Origin: Candidatus Sungiibacteriota bacterium
Lineage (GTDB): Bacteria; Patescibacteriota; Minisyncoccia; Sungbacterales; HO2-52-23
Reading direction: 5' to 3'
Assembly: GCA_016196115.1 (NCBI GenBank)
Contig: JACPYI010000002.1
Location: forward strand, 35,976 to 99,975
Length of the DNA stretch: 64,000 nt
Shown here: positions 9,605-19,636 of the stretch, piece after piece
How positions within the stretch are numbered: the first letter of the stretch is position 1
Layout: each line of letters begins with the position of its first letter
The notes under the pieces: generated by a model
What the model saw: the letters and a program-made list of their open reading frames with translations, nothing else
Told to the model about the DNA's origin: nothing
Database searches by the model: none
Made by a program: the position numbers and the translations under genes

Positions 9605-11014
9605 TTATTTTGATAGGTTCTTTATTTCCTTCACAAATTGATCTCCGCGATCAAATTCGTTCATGAACAGTCCGAAGCTGGTGGCGCCCGGGCTTAGCAA
9701 TATCCAATCCCCTTTCCGGGCAAGATTGAGGGCCTTTGTACAGGCATCATGCATTGTTTTCGCGTCATGTACTGGGAGCGCGTTTTTCTCTTTATTTTTG
9801 GTCTGCATTTTTTGCAGGTTTTTTTTTATTTTTTCGGTGGCATTGCCGGGCAACAGAACAAGCTCATCGGCATATCGGAGAATCACTTTTGCAAAATCGT
9901 CGAAGATGAGCTTCTTATCGCTGCCCCCCGCGATCAAAATGATGCGCTCGTTCGGTTTTTTTTGCGCATGTACGCGCATCAGTGCCGCGATCGCCGCGTC
10001 CGGAATCGTGGCAGTGGTGTCGTTGATCACATGCGCTCCTTGTACCGACGGAAGCCGTTCCTGGCGTCCTTCAAGCCCGCGGAATTTTTTCAATACGGCC
10101 AGTATATTATCCGGTTTGACCCGAAAGTGCCGGGCAACTGCGATGGCAAGGCCGACGGACGAGCGGTAGTGCGCGCCAAGATGCTCGTCCACCACCAGCG
10201 TATACTGCGGGGCGAGACGCGGCAATACAACATGTGAGTGGGCCTTTCGTATCATGGCGCGAACTTGAGGGTCATCGAAATTTGCAAAAAGATAGTCCTC
10301 TGGTTTCTGGAATTTGAAAATAACGCTTTTTGCTGCACGATACTCAGCCATGCTGCGATGCCAGTTCAGATGATCGCGCATGAAATTGGTAAGTACCGCT
10401 ACGGGAGGACTTACCCGGTCAAGAGACAAGTCCTGCAGTTGAAAACTGGAGAGTTCAAGTACTATCAGATCGTTCAGCTTTAATTCTGGAAGAAATTCAA
10501 GTACAGACTTTCGAATATTCCCTCCGAGAAAAACTCGCCTGTATTTTGTCTGTAAAAACTTCCCTATCAGCCACGCCGTAGTCGATTTCCCCCTCGTGCC
10601 CGTAATCCCGATGATCGTACCAGGACACTCCCGAAAAAAAATCCCCATGTCCGTGGTCACCGGAATTTTGTGTTTTCTCGCCAGCGCCAAGTATGGAGAA
10701 GTGGGCGGCACCCCGGGATTTTTCACGATCAGATCTGATTTCAGGACATCGTTCTCCCGATGCTTGCCAAGCACGTAAGCAATGCCTTGCAGGTCTTTCA
10801 ACTTCTCAAGCGAGGGCTGCAAAACTTTTTTAGTGCGCAAATCCGTAACCGTAACCAGCGCCCCTTGTTTGGCCAAAAACCGTACGGCTCCCACTCCCCC
10901 GCCGTGCAGCCCGAGGCCCATCACGAGCACGCGCTTATTTTTAAAATCTATTTTGTAATTTCTATCCGACTTATGCCTTGCCATGCGGAAAGTATAAGTT
11001 ATTTTCTGTGCCAA
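9605..11014 (-). CDS. murD: UDP-N-acetylmuramoylalanine--D-glutamate ligase
   Basis: VLVMGLGLHGGGVGAVRFLAKQGALVTVTD Rossmann N-terminus and the GITGTRGKSTT P-loop. The true start may be the internal Met at about 10984. Confidence 0.9.
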   Translation of the reverse strand: MAQKITYTFRMARHKSDRNYKIDFKNKRVLVMGLGLHGGGVGAVRFLAKQGALVTVTDLRTKKVLQPSLEKLKDLQGIAYVLGKHRENDVLKSDLIVKNPGVPPTSPYLALARKHKIPVTTDMGIFFRECPGTIIGITGTRGKSTTAWLIGKFLQTKYRRVFLGGNIRKSVLEFLPELKLNDLIVLELSSFQLQDLSLDRVSPPVAVLTNFMRDHLNWHRSMAEYRAAKSVIFKFQKPEDYLFANFDDPQVRAMIRKAHSHVVLPRLAPQYTLVVDEHLGAHYRSSVGLAIAVARHFRVKPDNILAVLKKFRGLEGRQERLPSVQGAHVINDTTATIPDAAIAALMRVHAQKKPNERIILIAGGSDKKLIFDDFAKVILRYADELVLLPGNATEKIKKNLQKMQTKNKEKNALPVHDAKTMHDACTKALNLARKGDWILLSPGATSFGLFMNEFDRGDQFVKEIKNLSK

Positions 11015-11092
11015 AGAAATCTTGACAAAATAAGTATTATATGATATTTATTGGGTACTTTAGTACCCCCTAAATTCAGAGAGGAGGCAGCG

Positions 11093-11533
11093 ATGCCAGC
11101 AGAGATCAGATTTTTTAGATTCTACGAGCGGAACGGATTTCTCTCCAACTTTTACCCGTCTCCTATCGAGATTGATGGCAAGGTCTGGCCTACGGTCGAG
11201 CATTATTTTCAGGCGGCAAAGTTTCCTGACTACCCAGCCTACCAGCAACGGGTAAGGGAAGCGCGAACGCCTGATGATGCCAAGCGGCTTGGCGGAACTC
11301 GCCATCTCCCAATCTTGCGGGATTGGGATAGCAGAAGAGTTCCTATTATGATCAATGCCCTTATCGCAAAATTCACGGGGCATGAAGAATTGCGGGAAGC
11401 ATTGCTCGCAACGGGCGATGCGGCTTTGATTGAAGCAAACCCTCACGATCCCTATTGGGGGAGTGGCCGCCAAGGTAGCGGCCAAAATATGCTCGGCAAA
11501 CTCCTTATGGAGTTGCGAGCGTCGTTGACGTAA
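11093..11533 (+). CDS. NADAR domain protein (YbiA/DUF1768 family)
   Basis: FYERNGFLSNFYPSPIEIDGKVWPTVEHYFQAAKF is the NADAR signature. ATG at 11093 follows GAGGAGG. Confidence 0.8.
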   Translation: MPAEIRFFRFYERNGFLSNFYPSPIEIDGKVWPTVEHYFQAAKFPDYPAYQQRVREARTPDDAKRLGGTRHLPILRDWDSRRVPIMINALIAKFTGHEELREALLATGDAALIEANPHDPYWGSGRQGSGQNMLGKLLMELRASLT

Positions 11534-11540
11534 GACAAAG

Positions 11541-11567
11541 GCGGGTGCCGTTTCGGGCCCGCCTTTA
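11541..11567 (+). terminator. GC-rich hairpin followed by T/A run downstream of the NADAR gene (putative intrinsic terminator)
   Basis: aaaggcgggtgccgtttcgggcccgccttt followed by aaaaattc. Confidence 0.4.
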
Positions 11568-11640
11568 AAAATTCTGGGAACTGTCACTAAAATTTAAATC
11601 AACAAATGGTACACGATCGTGGACGAAATGTTGATTTATT

Positions 11641-13215
11641 TTATTTCCTCCGCAAGACCTGTCCCGCTCGCTCGCCAGTCAGGGTGCCATCGCGCAGTGC
11701 CAGTTTGCCGTTGACGATGACGGCATCGAGGCCGGTGGAGTAGGCAAATGGGTCACGGTAGGTGGACTGGTCTCTGAATGCTTGGGGATCGAAGACGACG
11801 ATGTCGGCATGGTTTCCGGCTTTCAGCATGCCACGTTTGTCAATGCCGAATTTTTTGGCCGGACCGGACGTGATTTTCTGGATCGCGATTTCGGGCTTTA
11901 ATTTTTGCGAATCAGTCACGAACCGGTGCCAGAAGTGCGGGAATGCGCCGAACGAACGGGGGTGTTCCAGATCTCCGCTCTCGCGTTCGTCTATGGACGA
12001 GGTCTGCCCGTCCGACGCGACAAGCGCATGGGAATCCATGATGGCGGCGGTTACGTTTTTGGGCGAGATGGTGTGCCCGATGATCGAGGCGCGGCCTTCG
12101 GTGGCGCGCGCCGTGTTGATCAGGGTCTCCTCCGGAGATACGCCTGCCTCACGCGCGAGTTCGGCAATGGTTTTCCCGACAATAGTTTTGATTTTCGCCG
12201 AAGTAATACGCACGCGGTCATAATGGAGCGTGTAGCTTTTGAGCTCCTCGACCATTTTTTGCCGCATGTTCGGATCGTCTATATTTTTGAACAATGCTGC
12301 CATGCCGCCGGCGCGCGACCATGACGGCAGGAGGGTATAGAGGAGGGATCCGGTGGTCGCGTACGGCGAGACGTCAAAATTAATGTCAGCCCCGGACTCG
12401 TTGGCGCGGGTGATCAGTTCCAGCGCGGTTTTGAAAGAGTGCCACGACTTTCGCCCGATCGCTTTCAGGTGGCTGATCTCGACGGAAACGCCGGTTTCTC
12501 GCGCAATCCGTATCACCTCGTTCACGCCTCCCAAAAGTCCCACGCCTTCGCTCCGAAGGTGTATTTTTAAAACGGCGTCCGATCCGTGCAAAATCTTTGC
12601 AATGTCTATGATTTCTTCCGTGGTGGAGATGCGCTCATGGCCGTAGGAAAGGCCTAGAGACAGACCAAAACTTCCCTGCCGCATACTTTCGGTGATCAGA
12701 TAACGCATCTTTTCACGTTCGTCATAGGTGAGCGGGCGGATTTCATCGTCAATCAGACCCCGGCGCAGCGTGCCATAGCCGACTGAACTTCCAAAATTTA
12801 CCGCCAGATGAAAATCATGAATCTGCCGGAGAAATTCTTCAAACGTAGTCCAGTTCACGTTGATCTGGGACGGATCCGCCCATTTGCGGATTGCCTGCAA
12901 CGCCTCATGCGATGCCAAGGGCGCCAAAGAGCCGCCGCAGTTTCCTCCAAGCGCCGTAGTCACGCCCTGCGAGATAAACGAATCAAAACCGGGATATTTG
13001 AAAAGGGTCAGGTGCGTATCTGAATGGTTGGTCACGTCAACGAATCCCGGAGTCACGAATTTATCAAGCGCGTTGATGTTGAGTGCCGCATCCGACCCCC
13101 CGAGTTTCCCGATTGCCGCGATTGTGCCGTCTTTGATGCCAACATCCCCCACCTCGGGCTCGCGTCCGGTTCCATCAAGAATGGTTCCCGATGTGATTAA
13201 AATGTCGTAGGCCAT
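11641..13215 (-). CDS. N-acyl-D-amino-acid deacylase (D-aminoacylase), amidohydrolase superfamily
   Basis: 524 aa. N-terminal DILITSGTILDGTG..FVD and HSDTHL motifs are typical of D-aminoacylases. Confidence 0.75.
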   Translation of the reverse strand: MAYDILITSGTILDGTGREPEVGDVGIKDGTIAAIGKLGGSDAALNINALDKFVTPGFVDVTNHSDTHLTLFKYPGFDSFISQGVTTALGGNCGGSLAPLASHEALQAIRKWADPSQINVNWTTFEEFLRQIHDFHLAVNFGSSVGYGTLRRGLIDDEIRPLTYDEREKMRYLITESMRQGSFGLSLGLSYGHERISTTEEIIDIAKILHGSDAVLKIHLRSEGVGLLGGVNEVIRIARETGVSVEISHLKAIGRKSWHSFKTALELITRANESGADINFDVSPYATTGSLLYTLLPSWSRAGGMAALFKNIDDPNMRQKMVEELKSYTLHYDRVRITSAKIKTIVGKTIAELAREAGVSPEETLINTARATEGRASIIGHTISPKNVTAAIMDSHALVASDGQTSSIDERESGDLEHPRSFGAFPHFWHRFVTDSQKLKPEIAIQKITSGPAKKFGIDKRGMLKAGNHADIVVFDPQAFRDQSTYRDPFAYSTGLDAVIVNGKLALRDGTLTGERAGQVLRRK

Positions 13216-13217
13216 GC

Positions 13218-13802
13218 TTAAAACGCTACCTTGACCGGTCGCTGTGCCGCATCGTTGTCGGCAAGGTCGAATAGATCCTTTTTGGCAAAGCTGAATATGT
13301 TCGCGATCACGTTTGAAGGAAACGATTCGATCGCGATGTTATAGTCGCGCACGTTGCCGTTATAAAATCTGCGCGCCGCCTGGATTTTATTTTCCGTATC
13401 GGCAAGCTCGCGTTGCAAATCGAGAAAATTCGCGTTGGCTTTCAGATCAGGATAATTTTCCGAAACGGCAAAAAGAGTTTTGAGGGTGTTGGTGAGCGTG
13501 TTTTCGGCATGTCTGCGCTCCTCCGGTGTCTGCGCGCCCATGGCCTGCGTCCGCGCCTGCGTCACGCTGTCCAGCGTCTCGCGCTCGTGCGCCGCGTAGC
13601 CCTTGACGGTCTCGACGATATTGGGAATCAGATCATACCGCCGTTTCAGCTGCACCTCGATATCCGACCACGCCTCCGCGATCCGGTTCGCGCCGCTCAC
13701 AAAACGGTTATACGCAAATATAAACCAGACCACTAATAATCCGACTGCCACAAGAAGTATAAAGGGGAACGTAAAAATATTCATATATCCATAGTACAGC
13801 AA
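13218..13802 (-). CDS. LemA family protein
   Basis: N-terminal TM segment followed by the conserved LemA core YNRFVSGANRIAEAWSDIEVQLKRRYDLIPNIVETVKGYAAHERE. Confidence 0.85.
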   Translation of the reverse strand: MLYYGYMNIFTFPFILLVAVGLLVVWFIFAYNRFVSGANRIAEAWSDIEVQLKRRYDLIPNIVETVKGYAAHERETLDSVTQARTQAMGAQTPEERRHAENTLTNTLKTLFAVSENYPDLKANANFLDLQRELADTENKIQAARRFYNGNVRDYNIAIESFPSNVIANIFSFAKKDLFDLADNDAAQRPVKVAF

Positions 13803-13863
13803 AAGAAAGCAAAAGCAAATTGCGTAAAGATGCGGTATGTGTTAGATTGACTCTATCGAAATA

Positions 13864-15912
13864 ATGAGTAGCAAGGCGCATGCCAAACACGAATTGCTGA
13901 TTGCATCGGTCACTCCCCAAAATCTTGAACGGGGCGTTTTGTGGTTTTCGGAGAATCATGGGGCCATAAAGAAGGCGAGTGCGAGCCATATATGGTGGCA
14001 GAAGAATAGTATGATGGTGGAAGAGAGTTTGGTGATAAAGCCCTCGGAACTGATCAGGCGCATGACCGATATGGGGTATGAGCGCAGCCAAACAGTGGGC
14101 GGCAAGGGCCTCGTGAGCATGCGTGGAGGCATTATCGAAATCTGGCCGGTCAACACCGCGGCTCCGTATCTGATCGAGTTCGACGGAAACGTCATCTCGG
14201 AAATTTTGCCGCGGCAAAAAACCGAAGAGAGATCGAAACCGAAATTGAGCCAAAGGCACGCAATCGAGAAACTTCCCGCGGGAAGTTATGTCGTACACAT
14301 CGACCATGGCATTGGCATTTTCCGTGGCACCGGACCCGCCATTAAAAATTTAAATTTACTGGGCTTCTCTAAGATAGAATATGCGGCACCCGGTCCCGGC
14401 CGCGCACCGGACATGTTATATGTGCCGATCGGTCAAAAAGACCGGCTCTTGCCGTACGTTGGGTTCGAGATGCCGCGCGTCCATCGTCTGGGCGGCAGCG
14501 TGTGGGAGAAAACCAAACGCAAAGTCAAAGAGGAAACCGAGAAACTGGCGCGTGAACTTCTGGAGCTCTACGCGAAGCGCCACGTGGTCGAACGACCTCC
14601 GCATATGGGCGATGCCGGACTTGAGCAAGAATTGATTGCGCGGTTTCCGTTTCAGGAAACGACTGATCAGCTCAAAGCGGAGGAAGAGATCATGCACGAT
14701 CTTGCGCGCACCCGGCCCATGGACAGGATTCTGTGCGGAGATGTCGGATTCGGCAAAACCGAGATCGCGATCCGCGCGGCGCTCCGCGTGATCGCATCGG
14801 AAAAACAGGTGACGCTGCTCGCTCCCACGACCGTGCTCGCCGCGCAGCACGAACGCACGCTCAAAGAGCGTTTCGCAAACACCGCGATCTCCGTGGGCAT
14901 GCTGTCGCGACTTACTTCCCAACACGAAGAAGGAAGGACTCTGCACGGGCTCGCAACCGGAACCGTTGACTGCATAGTCGGCACGCACCGCCTGCTCTCA
15001 AAAGATATTACGTTCAAAAATCTTGGACTGGTCATCATAGATGAGGAACAGCGCTTCGGCGTCAAGCAGAAAGAAGCGCTCAAAAATCTCCGCGCCGAGG
15101 TAGACGTGCTCTCGCTCTCCGCAACCCCGATCCCCCGCACACTGCAGTTGACGTTGGCGCACGTCCGGGATATCTCGTTTCTCAAGACCCCTCCGCCCGA
15201 CCGCCTTGCCATCCATACTTTTGTCCTCCCGTATACGCAAAAGACCATCGCACAGGCCCTGCGTCGCGAGCTTGAACGAGGCGGCCAGATCTATTTTCTC
15301 CATAACCGCATCGAAACCATCGGTGCCGTCAAACAGAAACTGGAAAAACTGCTTCAGAAAGTACCGCTCCGACAAAAGCGAGAGGCGGGTATGCTTGAGC
15401 GTTTTAGCGAAGCGTCTAGCGAAAGCACGCCCGCCTCTCGCTTACCCACGAGCAAGCCGCGAATCGGCGTGATGCACGGGCGCATGAGAGAGCACGAGAT
15501 GATCAAAATCATGGATGAATTCCGCAACAAAGAAATCGATATTCTGCTCGCGACTACGATCATCGAGAACGGACTCGATATCTCGTCCGCAAACACGCTC
15601 ATCGTGGACGATGCGACTCTGATCGGCCTGGCCGAAGCCCACCAACTGCGCGGCCGCGTAGGCAGGAGCGCGGCCCAGGCATTCGCATACTTTTTCTACA
15701 AGCCGCGCCGCATGACTGAAAAAGCCGCAGACCGCCTCCAAGCCCTGCAGGATTACGCCGACCTCGGCTCCGGATACGACATCGCCCTCCGCGACCTCGA
15801 AATCCGCGGCGCCGGAAACATCCTGGGCCGCGAGCAATCCGGCACGATCAACAAAGTTGGTCTCAATCTGTATTATCAAATGCTTGCGGAGGCGATTGAC
15901 CTCCTTCGCTAA
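13864..15912 (+). CDS. mfd: transcription-repair coupling factor, short form (RID plus translocase core; lacks UvrB-homology D1/D2 and C-terminal D7)
   Basis: CarD/TRCF RID motif (GSYVVHIDHGIGIFRG). Superfamily-2 helicase motifs DEEQRFGV, SATPIPRTL and HQLRGRVGR. 682 aa versus about 1150 aa for canonical Mfd. Confidence 0.8.
   Translation: MSSKAHAKHELLIASVTPQNLERGVLWFSENHGAIKKASASHIWWQKNSMMVEESLVIKPSELIRRMTDMGYERSQTVGGKGLVSMRGGIIEIWPVNTAAPYLIEFDGNVISEILPRQKTEERSKPKLSQRHAIEKLPAGSYVVHIDHGIGIFRGTGPAIKNLNLLGFSKIEYAAPGPGRAPDMLYVPIGQKDRLLPYVGFEMPRVHRLGGSVWEKTKRKVKEETEKLARELLELYAKRHVVERPPHMGDAGLEQELIARFPFQETTDQLKAEEEIMHDLARTRPMDRILCGDVGFGKTEIAIRAALRVIASEKQVTLLAPTTVLAAQHERTLKERFANTAISVGMLSRLTSQHEEGRTLHGLATGTVDCIVGTHRLLSKDITFKNLGLVIIDEEQRFGVKQKEALKNLRAEVDVLSLSATPIPRTLQLTLAHVRDISFLKTPPPDRLAIHTFVLPYTQKTIAQALRRELERGGQIYFLHNRIETIGAVKQKLEKLLQKVPLRQKREAGMLERFSEASSESTPASRLPTSKPRIGVMHGRMREHEMIKIMDEFRNKEIDILLATTIIENGLDISSANTLIVDDATLIGLAEAHQLRGRVGRSAAQAFAYFFYKPRRMTEKAADRLQALQDYADLGSGYDIALRDLEIRGAGNILGREQSGTINKVGLNLYYQMLAEAIDLLR
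15378..15441. repeat. palindromic element (12-bp perfect inverted repeat gcgagaggcggg / cccgcctctcgc) encoding an in-frame insertion of about 30 aa inside mfd
   Basis: The arms flank a 40-nt loop. The encoded segment LRQKREAGMLERFSEASSESTPASRLPTSK has no counterpart between the conserved VP and RIxxxHGxM positions of canonical Mfd. Confidence 0.55.
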
Positions 15913-16156
15913 AGCTATGGAGGTTAAAAAGAGGTGAAGAGTCAAAAAAATAGTCTGGAAGTTATTCCAGACTGACTATGTTGCCAATTTACCCAACTGA
16001 TAGTAAGTGTGGCCGTCTTGTATTCTTTTTTCAATTCTGGATAAAGTCAATTACCAAAGATATTTTACTATCGGTTCAAATCTTTGGTAAATCTTGGAAT
16101 GTAGGGGCGCCACATATATTTGCCACTCCTTTCCCTTTATAGTACGCTGAAAGCAC

Positions 16157-17251
16157 ATGAACTCTGATCTTCCGTATCTTCATGCGTTCAATATAATTTC
16201 GCAGGTGGGGGCTGCGACGCTCCGGGCGCTGCGGGAGAGGTTTGGATCATATGAGGTCGCGTGGCAGGTTTCGGCATATGAGATTCGAGCATGCGGGTTG
16301 CGCCAGCAGGATACGGCGGACGCGATTATCGCGGGACGGCCGCTGATTGATCCGGTTCAAGAGTATGAAAAGGTTTTGGCCGCAGGCGTGTGGATGATTA
16401 CCGACACTGATGCGGGCTATCCCCCGCTTCTGAAAGAAATCCACAATCCTCCGGCGGCGCTGTATGGGAAAGGAGCATTGCTTGATGAATTATTTTCTGA
16501 TGAGAAAATCTCCATAGGCATCGTGGGTACACGCCGCACTACGGCATACGGGTTGCAGGCCGCAGAGAAAATTGTAGCCGATCTTGTTTCCGCGGGCATG
16601 ATCATCACGAGCGGGCTTGCGCTCGGCATCGATGCCAAGGCGCACCAGACCGCGCTGGACAGCGAGGGCGCAACCATTGCGGTGGTCGGGTCAGGGCTTG
16701 ATAACTCGGTGCTTTTTCCGCATGAAAATATCAAACTGTCCCGCAAGATCATCGAGAACGGCGGCACCGTGCTTTCAGAATACCCGCCTTTTACTAAAGC
16801 GCGGCGAGAATATTTTCCCATGCGCAACCGCATTCTTTCGGGACTTTCCCGCGGAATCGTGGTGATCGAAGCTCGGGAAAAATCGGGAGCGCTGATCACG
16901 GCGCGCTTCGCATTGGAACAAAACCGCGAGGTGTTTGCCGTGCCCGGCTCGATCTTCTCCCCCACCTCGCACGGGCCCAACGCGCTCATCCGCGAGGGCG
17001 CCAAACTGATCATGTCGGTTGCTGACATACTTGACGAGTTCGGCATTGTATATCAAGATGAAACGCGTCAGCGCGCGGACGTAGACGAAACGGAAGCATC
17101 GCTGCTTACATTACTTGAAGAACCCCACTCCGTTGACGAGATCAAACGAAAACTGGAAATGCAGACCGCGGACATTCTCGCAACGTTATCGCTGCTCGAA
17201 TTAAAAGGATTGGTGAGAACCATGGGCGTGGACATATATCAGAAAACATAG
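16157..17251 (+). CDS. dprA: DNA processing protein DprA/Smf
   Basis: Rossmann-like DprA core GIVGTRRTTAYG..SGLALGIDAKAHQ..GSGLD..YPP..F..RNRIISGLS. Confidence 0.85.
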   Translation: MNSDLPYLHAFNIISQVGAATLRALRERFGSYEVAWQVSAYEIRACGLRQQDTADAIIAGRPLIDPVQEYEKVLAAGVWMITDTDAGYPPLLKEIHNPPAALYGKGALLDELFSDEKISIGIVGTRRTTAYGLQAAEKIVADLVSAGMIITSGLALGIDAKAHQTALDSEGATIAVVGSGLDNSVLFPHENIKLSRKIIENGGTVLSEYPPFTKARREYFPMRNRILSGLSRGIVVIEAREKSGALITARFALEQNREVFAVPGSIFSPTSHGPNALIREGAKLIMSVADILDEFGIVYQDETRQRADVDETEASLLTLLEEPHSVDEIKRKLEMQTADILATLSLLELKGLVRTMGVDIYQKT

Positions 17252-17379
17252 CGCCAAGACATGCGCGATTGTCTTTGAACGGCTTTCCGACCCGAGAGCA
17301 GAAGTCGCGTTACGCGACGAGGCTCGAGGGGAACGGCAGTGAAAAGATAATTGCGCATATAAGCTGAAGTAACATTCGT

Positions 17380-19548
17380 ATGAAACTCGTTATCGTAGAA
17401 TCCCCGGCAAAATCAAAAACGATTTCAAAATATCTGGGACGCGAGTATACGGTCAAGGCATCCGTGGGACACGTGCGCGATCTGCCAAAGAGCAACAAGA
17501 ACGCGATAGACATCGCGCACGGTTTCGTGCCGCACTACGAAATTTCCAAAGGAAAAGAAAAAGTAATCAGCGACTTGGCCGCTTCCGCGAAAAAAGCCGA
17601 TGAAGTCCTGCTTGCTACCGACCCGGATCGCGAAGGCGAGGCGATCGCCTGGCACGTGGCACAGGCGCTGCACCTGAAAAATCCCAAGCGCGTCGTATTT
17701 CACGAGATCACGGAAGGCGCGGTCAAAAACGCGATCGGGCATCCCCGCCACATAGACCAGAATCTGCGCAAGGCCCAGGAGGCCCGGCGCGTGCTCGATC
17801 GGCTGGTCGGGTATGATCTTTCCGGCCTCGTCTGGCAAAAAGTACGCTATGGGCTTTCCGCAGGCCGCGTGCAATCCCCTGCTTTGCGCATTGTAGTCGA
17901 GCGCGAACGCGAGATCCGTGCATTCAAGCCCGAAGATTTCTGGGTGATTACCGCAGATGTCGAGACTGCCGAAAAAATGCCGCTCACGTTCACCTGTTCC
18001 CAAGAGCCGAAAACACAGGAAGAGTCCGATGCCATTCTTGCAAACGGACGAAAGAGCGCGTGGTCAGTCAAAGAGATTGCGGAAAGCGAAATGAAACGGC
18101 AGGCGCGGCCGCCATTCACCACCTCTACCCTGCAGCAGGCGGCATCGTCGCGCTTGGGCATTTCGCCTTCTCGTACTATGGGCATCGCGCAAAAATTATA
18201 CGAGGACGGCTACATCACCTATATGCGCACGGACAGCATGACGTTGAGCACGGTGGCGCAGCGGCGGATTCTCGGCGTGGTCGAGAAGGCATACGGCAAA
18301 AATTATGTCCGCGCCCAGCGCTACAAGACCAAAAGCAAAAACGCGCAGGAAGCGCACGAGGCCATCAGGCCCACCAATGCCGCAGCCACAAGCGCCGGAC
18401 AAACAGAAGAACAGCAACGACTGTATCGCCTCATCTGGCAACGGACCATCGCAAGCCAGATGGCGGCCGTGCAACTTTTGAAAACAAAAATTATCGCGCA
18501 AGTCGGCGACGGCAATACCGTACCGGATTTTTTCGTAAACGGATCACGCACGCTGTTTGACGGCTGGCTCAAAGCAGACCCGCACGCAAAAGGCGAGGAT
18601 GTGGAGCTGCCCAAAGTTTCCATTGGCGAACCCCTCACTCTGCTCGACATCAAAGACGAGCACAAACAGACCCAGCCGCCCGGACGCTATTCCGAAGCCG
18701 GACTCGTCAAAGAATTGGAAAAGCGCGGCATTGGGCGTCCCTCCACGTATGCATCAATCATCAAGACACTCCACAACCGCGGCTATGTGGAGCGTGAAAG
18801 CAGAAGTTTGCGCCCGACCGACACCGGCGAGGTGGTGAGTACGTTTTTGGAAGAGCAGTTTGCCAAATACATCAGTGATTCGTTCACTGCCGAAATGGAG
18901 GATGAGCTTGACGACATTGCCGGCGGCAAACGCGAGTACGAAAAAACGTTGCGCGATTTTTACACCCCGTTCACCAAAGACGTCGCGTCAAAAAAAGACA
19001 CGCCCAAACTCACTACGCTCGGCGACGCCCCCCAAGGCGTTCGATGCCCGATCTGCAACGCCGGCATGGTGGTTAAACTCGGCAGATCAGGAAAATTCTT
19101 AAGCTGCTCCCGCTTTCCCGATTGTATTGGCATGCGCGGGCTCGACGGTGCGATACGCGAAGGTCCCAAAGAGACCGGTGAACACTGCCCCGAGTGTACA
19201 GACGGCCAGCTCATCGAGCGCGAAGGCAGATTCGGCAAGTTCACCGCCTGCAACAGATATCCCAAGTGCAAATATATCAAGAAAGACGAAAACGGCGCCG
19301 GCGGCGAAAAAACCGGCGTTACCTGCCCCGTATGTCATAAGAGCCAGATGGCTGGCCGCCGCGGCCGCTTCGGCGTCTTCTACGGCTGTTCCGCCTATCC
19401 CGCATGCAAATATGCGATCAAAGCCAAACCTACAGGCGCCTTCTGCCCAATTTGCAACTCACTCATGATGGAAGGCACCAAAACCATCCCGGAGCGGTGT
19501 TCCAACAAAGAGTGCCCGAATCATAATCCGAAGAGAATGGAGAAATAG
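17380..19548 (+). CDS. topA: DNA topoisomerase I with C-terminal Zn-ribbon repeats
   Basis: N-terminal Toprim MKLVIVESPAKSKTISKYLG. Four C4 zinc-ribbon motifs (CPICNAG..CSRFPDC and similar) at the C-terminus. Confidence 0.9.
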   Translation: MKLVIVESPAKSKTISKYLGREYTVKASVGHVRDLPKSNKNAIDIAHGFVPHYEISKGKEKVISDLAASAKKADEVLLATDPDREGEAIAWHVAQALHLKNPKRVVFHEITEGAVKNAIGHPRHIDQNLRKAQEARRVLDRLVGYDLSGLVWQKVRYGLSAGRVQSPALRIVVEREREIRAFKPEDFWVITADVETAEKMPLTFTCSQEPKTQEESDAILANGRKSAWSVKEIAESEMKRQARPPFTTSTLQQAASSRLGISPSRTMGIAQKLYEDGYITYMRTDSMTLSTVAQRRILGVVEKAYGKNYVRAQRYKTKSKNAQEAHEAIRPTNAAATSAGQTEEQQRLYRLIWQRTIASQMAAVQLLKTKIIAQVGDGNTVPDFFVNGSRTLFDGWLKADPHAKGEDVELPKVSIGEPLTLLDIKDEHKQTQPPGRYSEAGLVKELEKRGIGRPSTYASIIKTLHNRGYVERESRSLRPTDTGEVVSTFLEEQFAKYISDSFTAEMEDELDDIAGGKREYEKTLRDFYTPFTKDVASKKDTPKLTTLGDAPQGVRCPICNAGMVVKLGRSGKFLSCSRFPDCIGMRGLDGAIREGPKETGEHCPECTDGQLIEREGRFGKFTACNRYPKCKYIKKDENGAGGEKTGVTCPVCHKSQMAGRRGRFGVFYGCSAYPACKYAIKAKPTGAFCPICNSLMMEGTKTIPERCSNKECPNHNPKRMEK

Positions 19549-19636
19549 ATTGACCACAAAGCGCGTTTGCTTTTATGCATCTCATCTGATACTGTATGGT
19601 AAGAGATGCCAATTCTCAAAGAAGAGGAGGATGGTC

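Noticed and set aside
15941-15986. Hairpin agtctggaa-gtta-ttccagact with an A/T run, in the mfd-dprA spacer
   Set aside because: The terminator geometry fits only the minus strand, where no gene is being transcribed into it. Left as unexplained minor structure.
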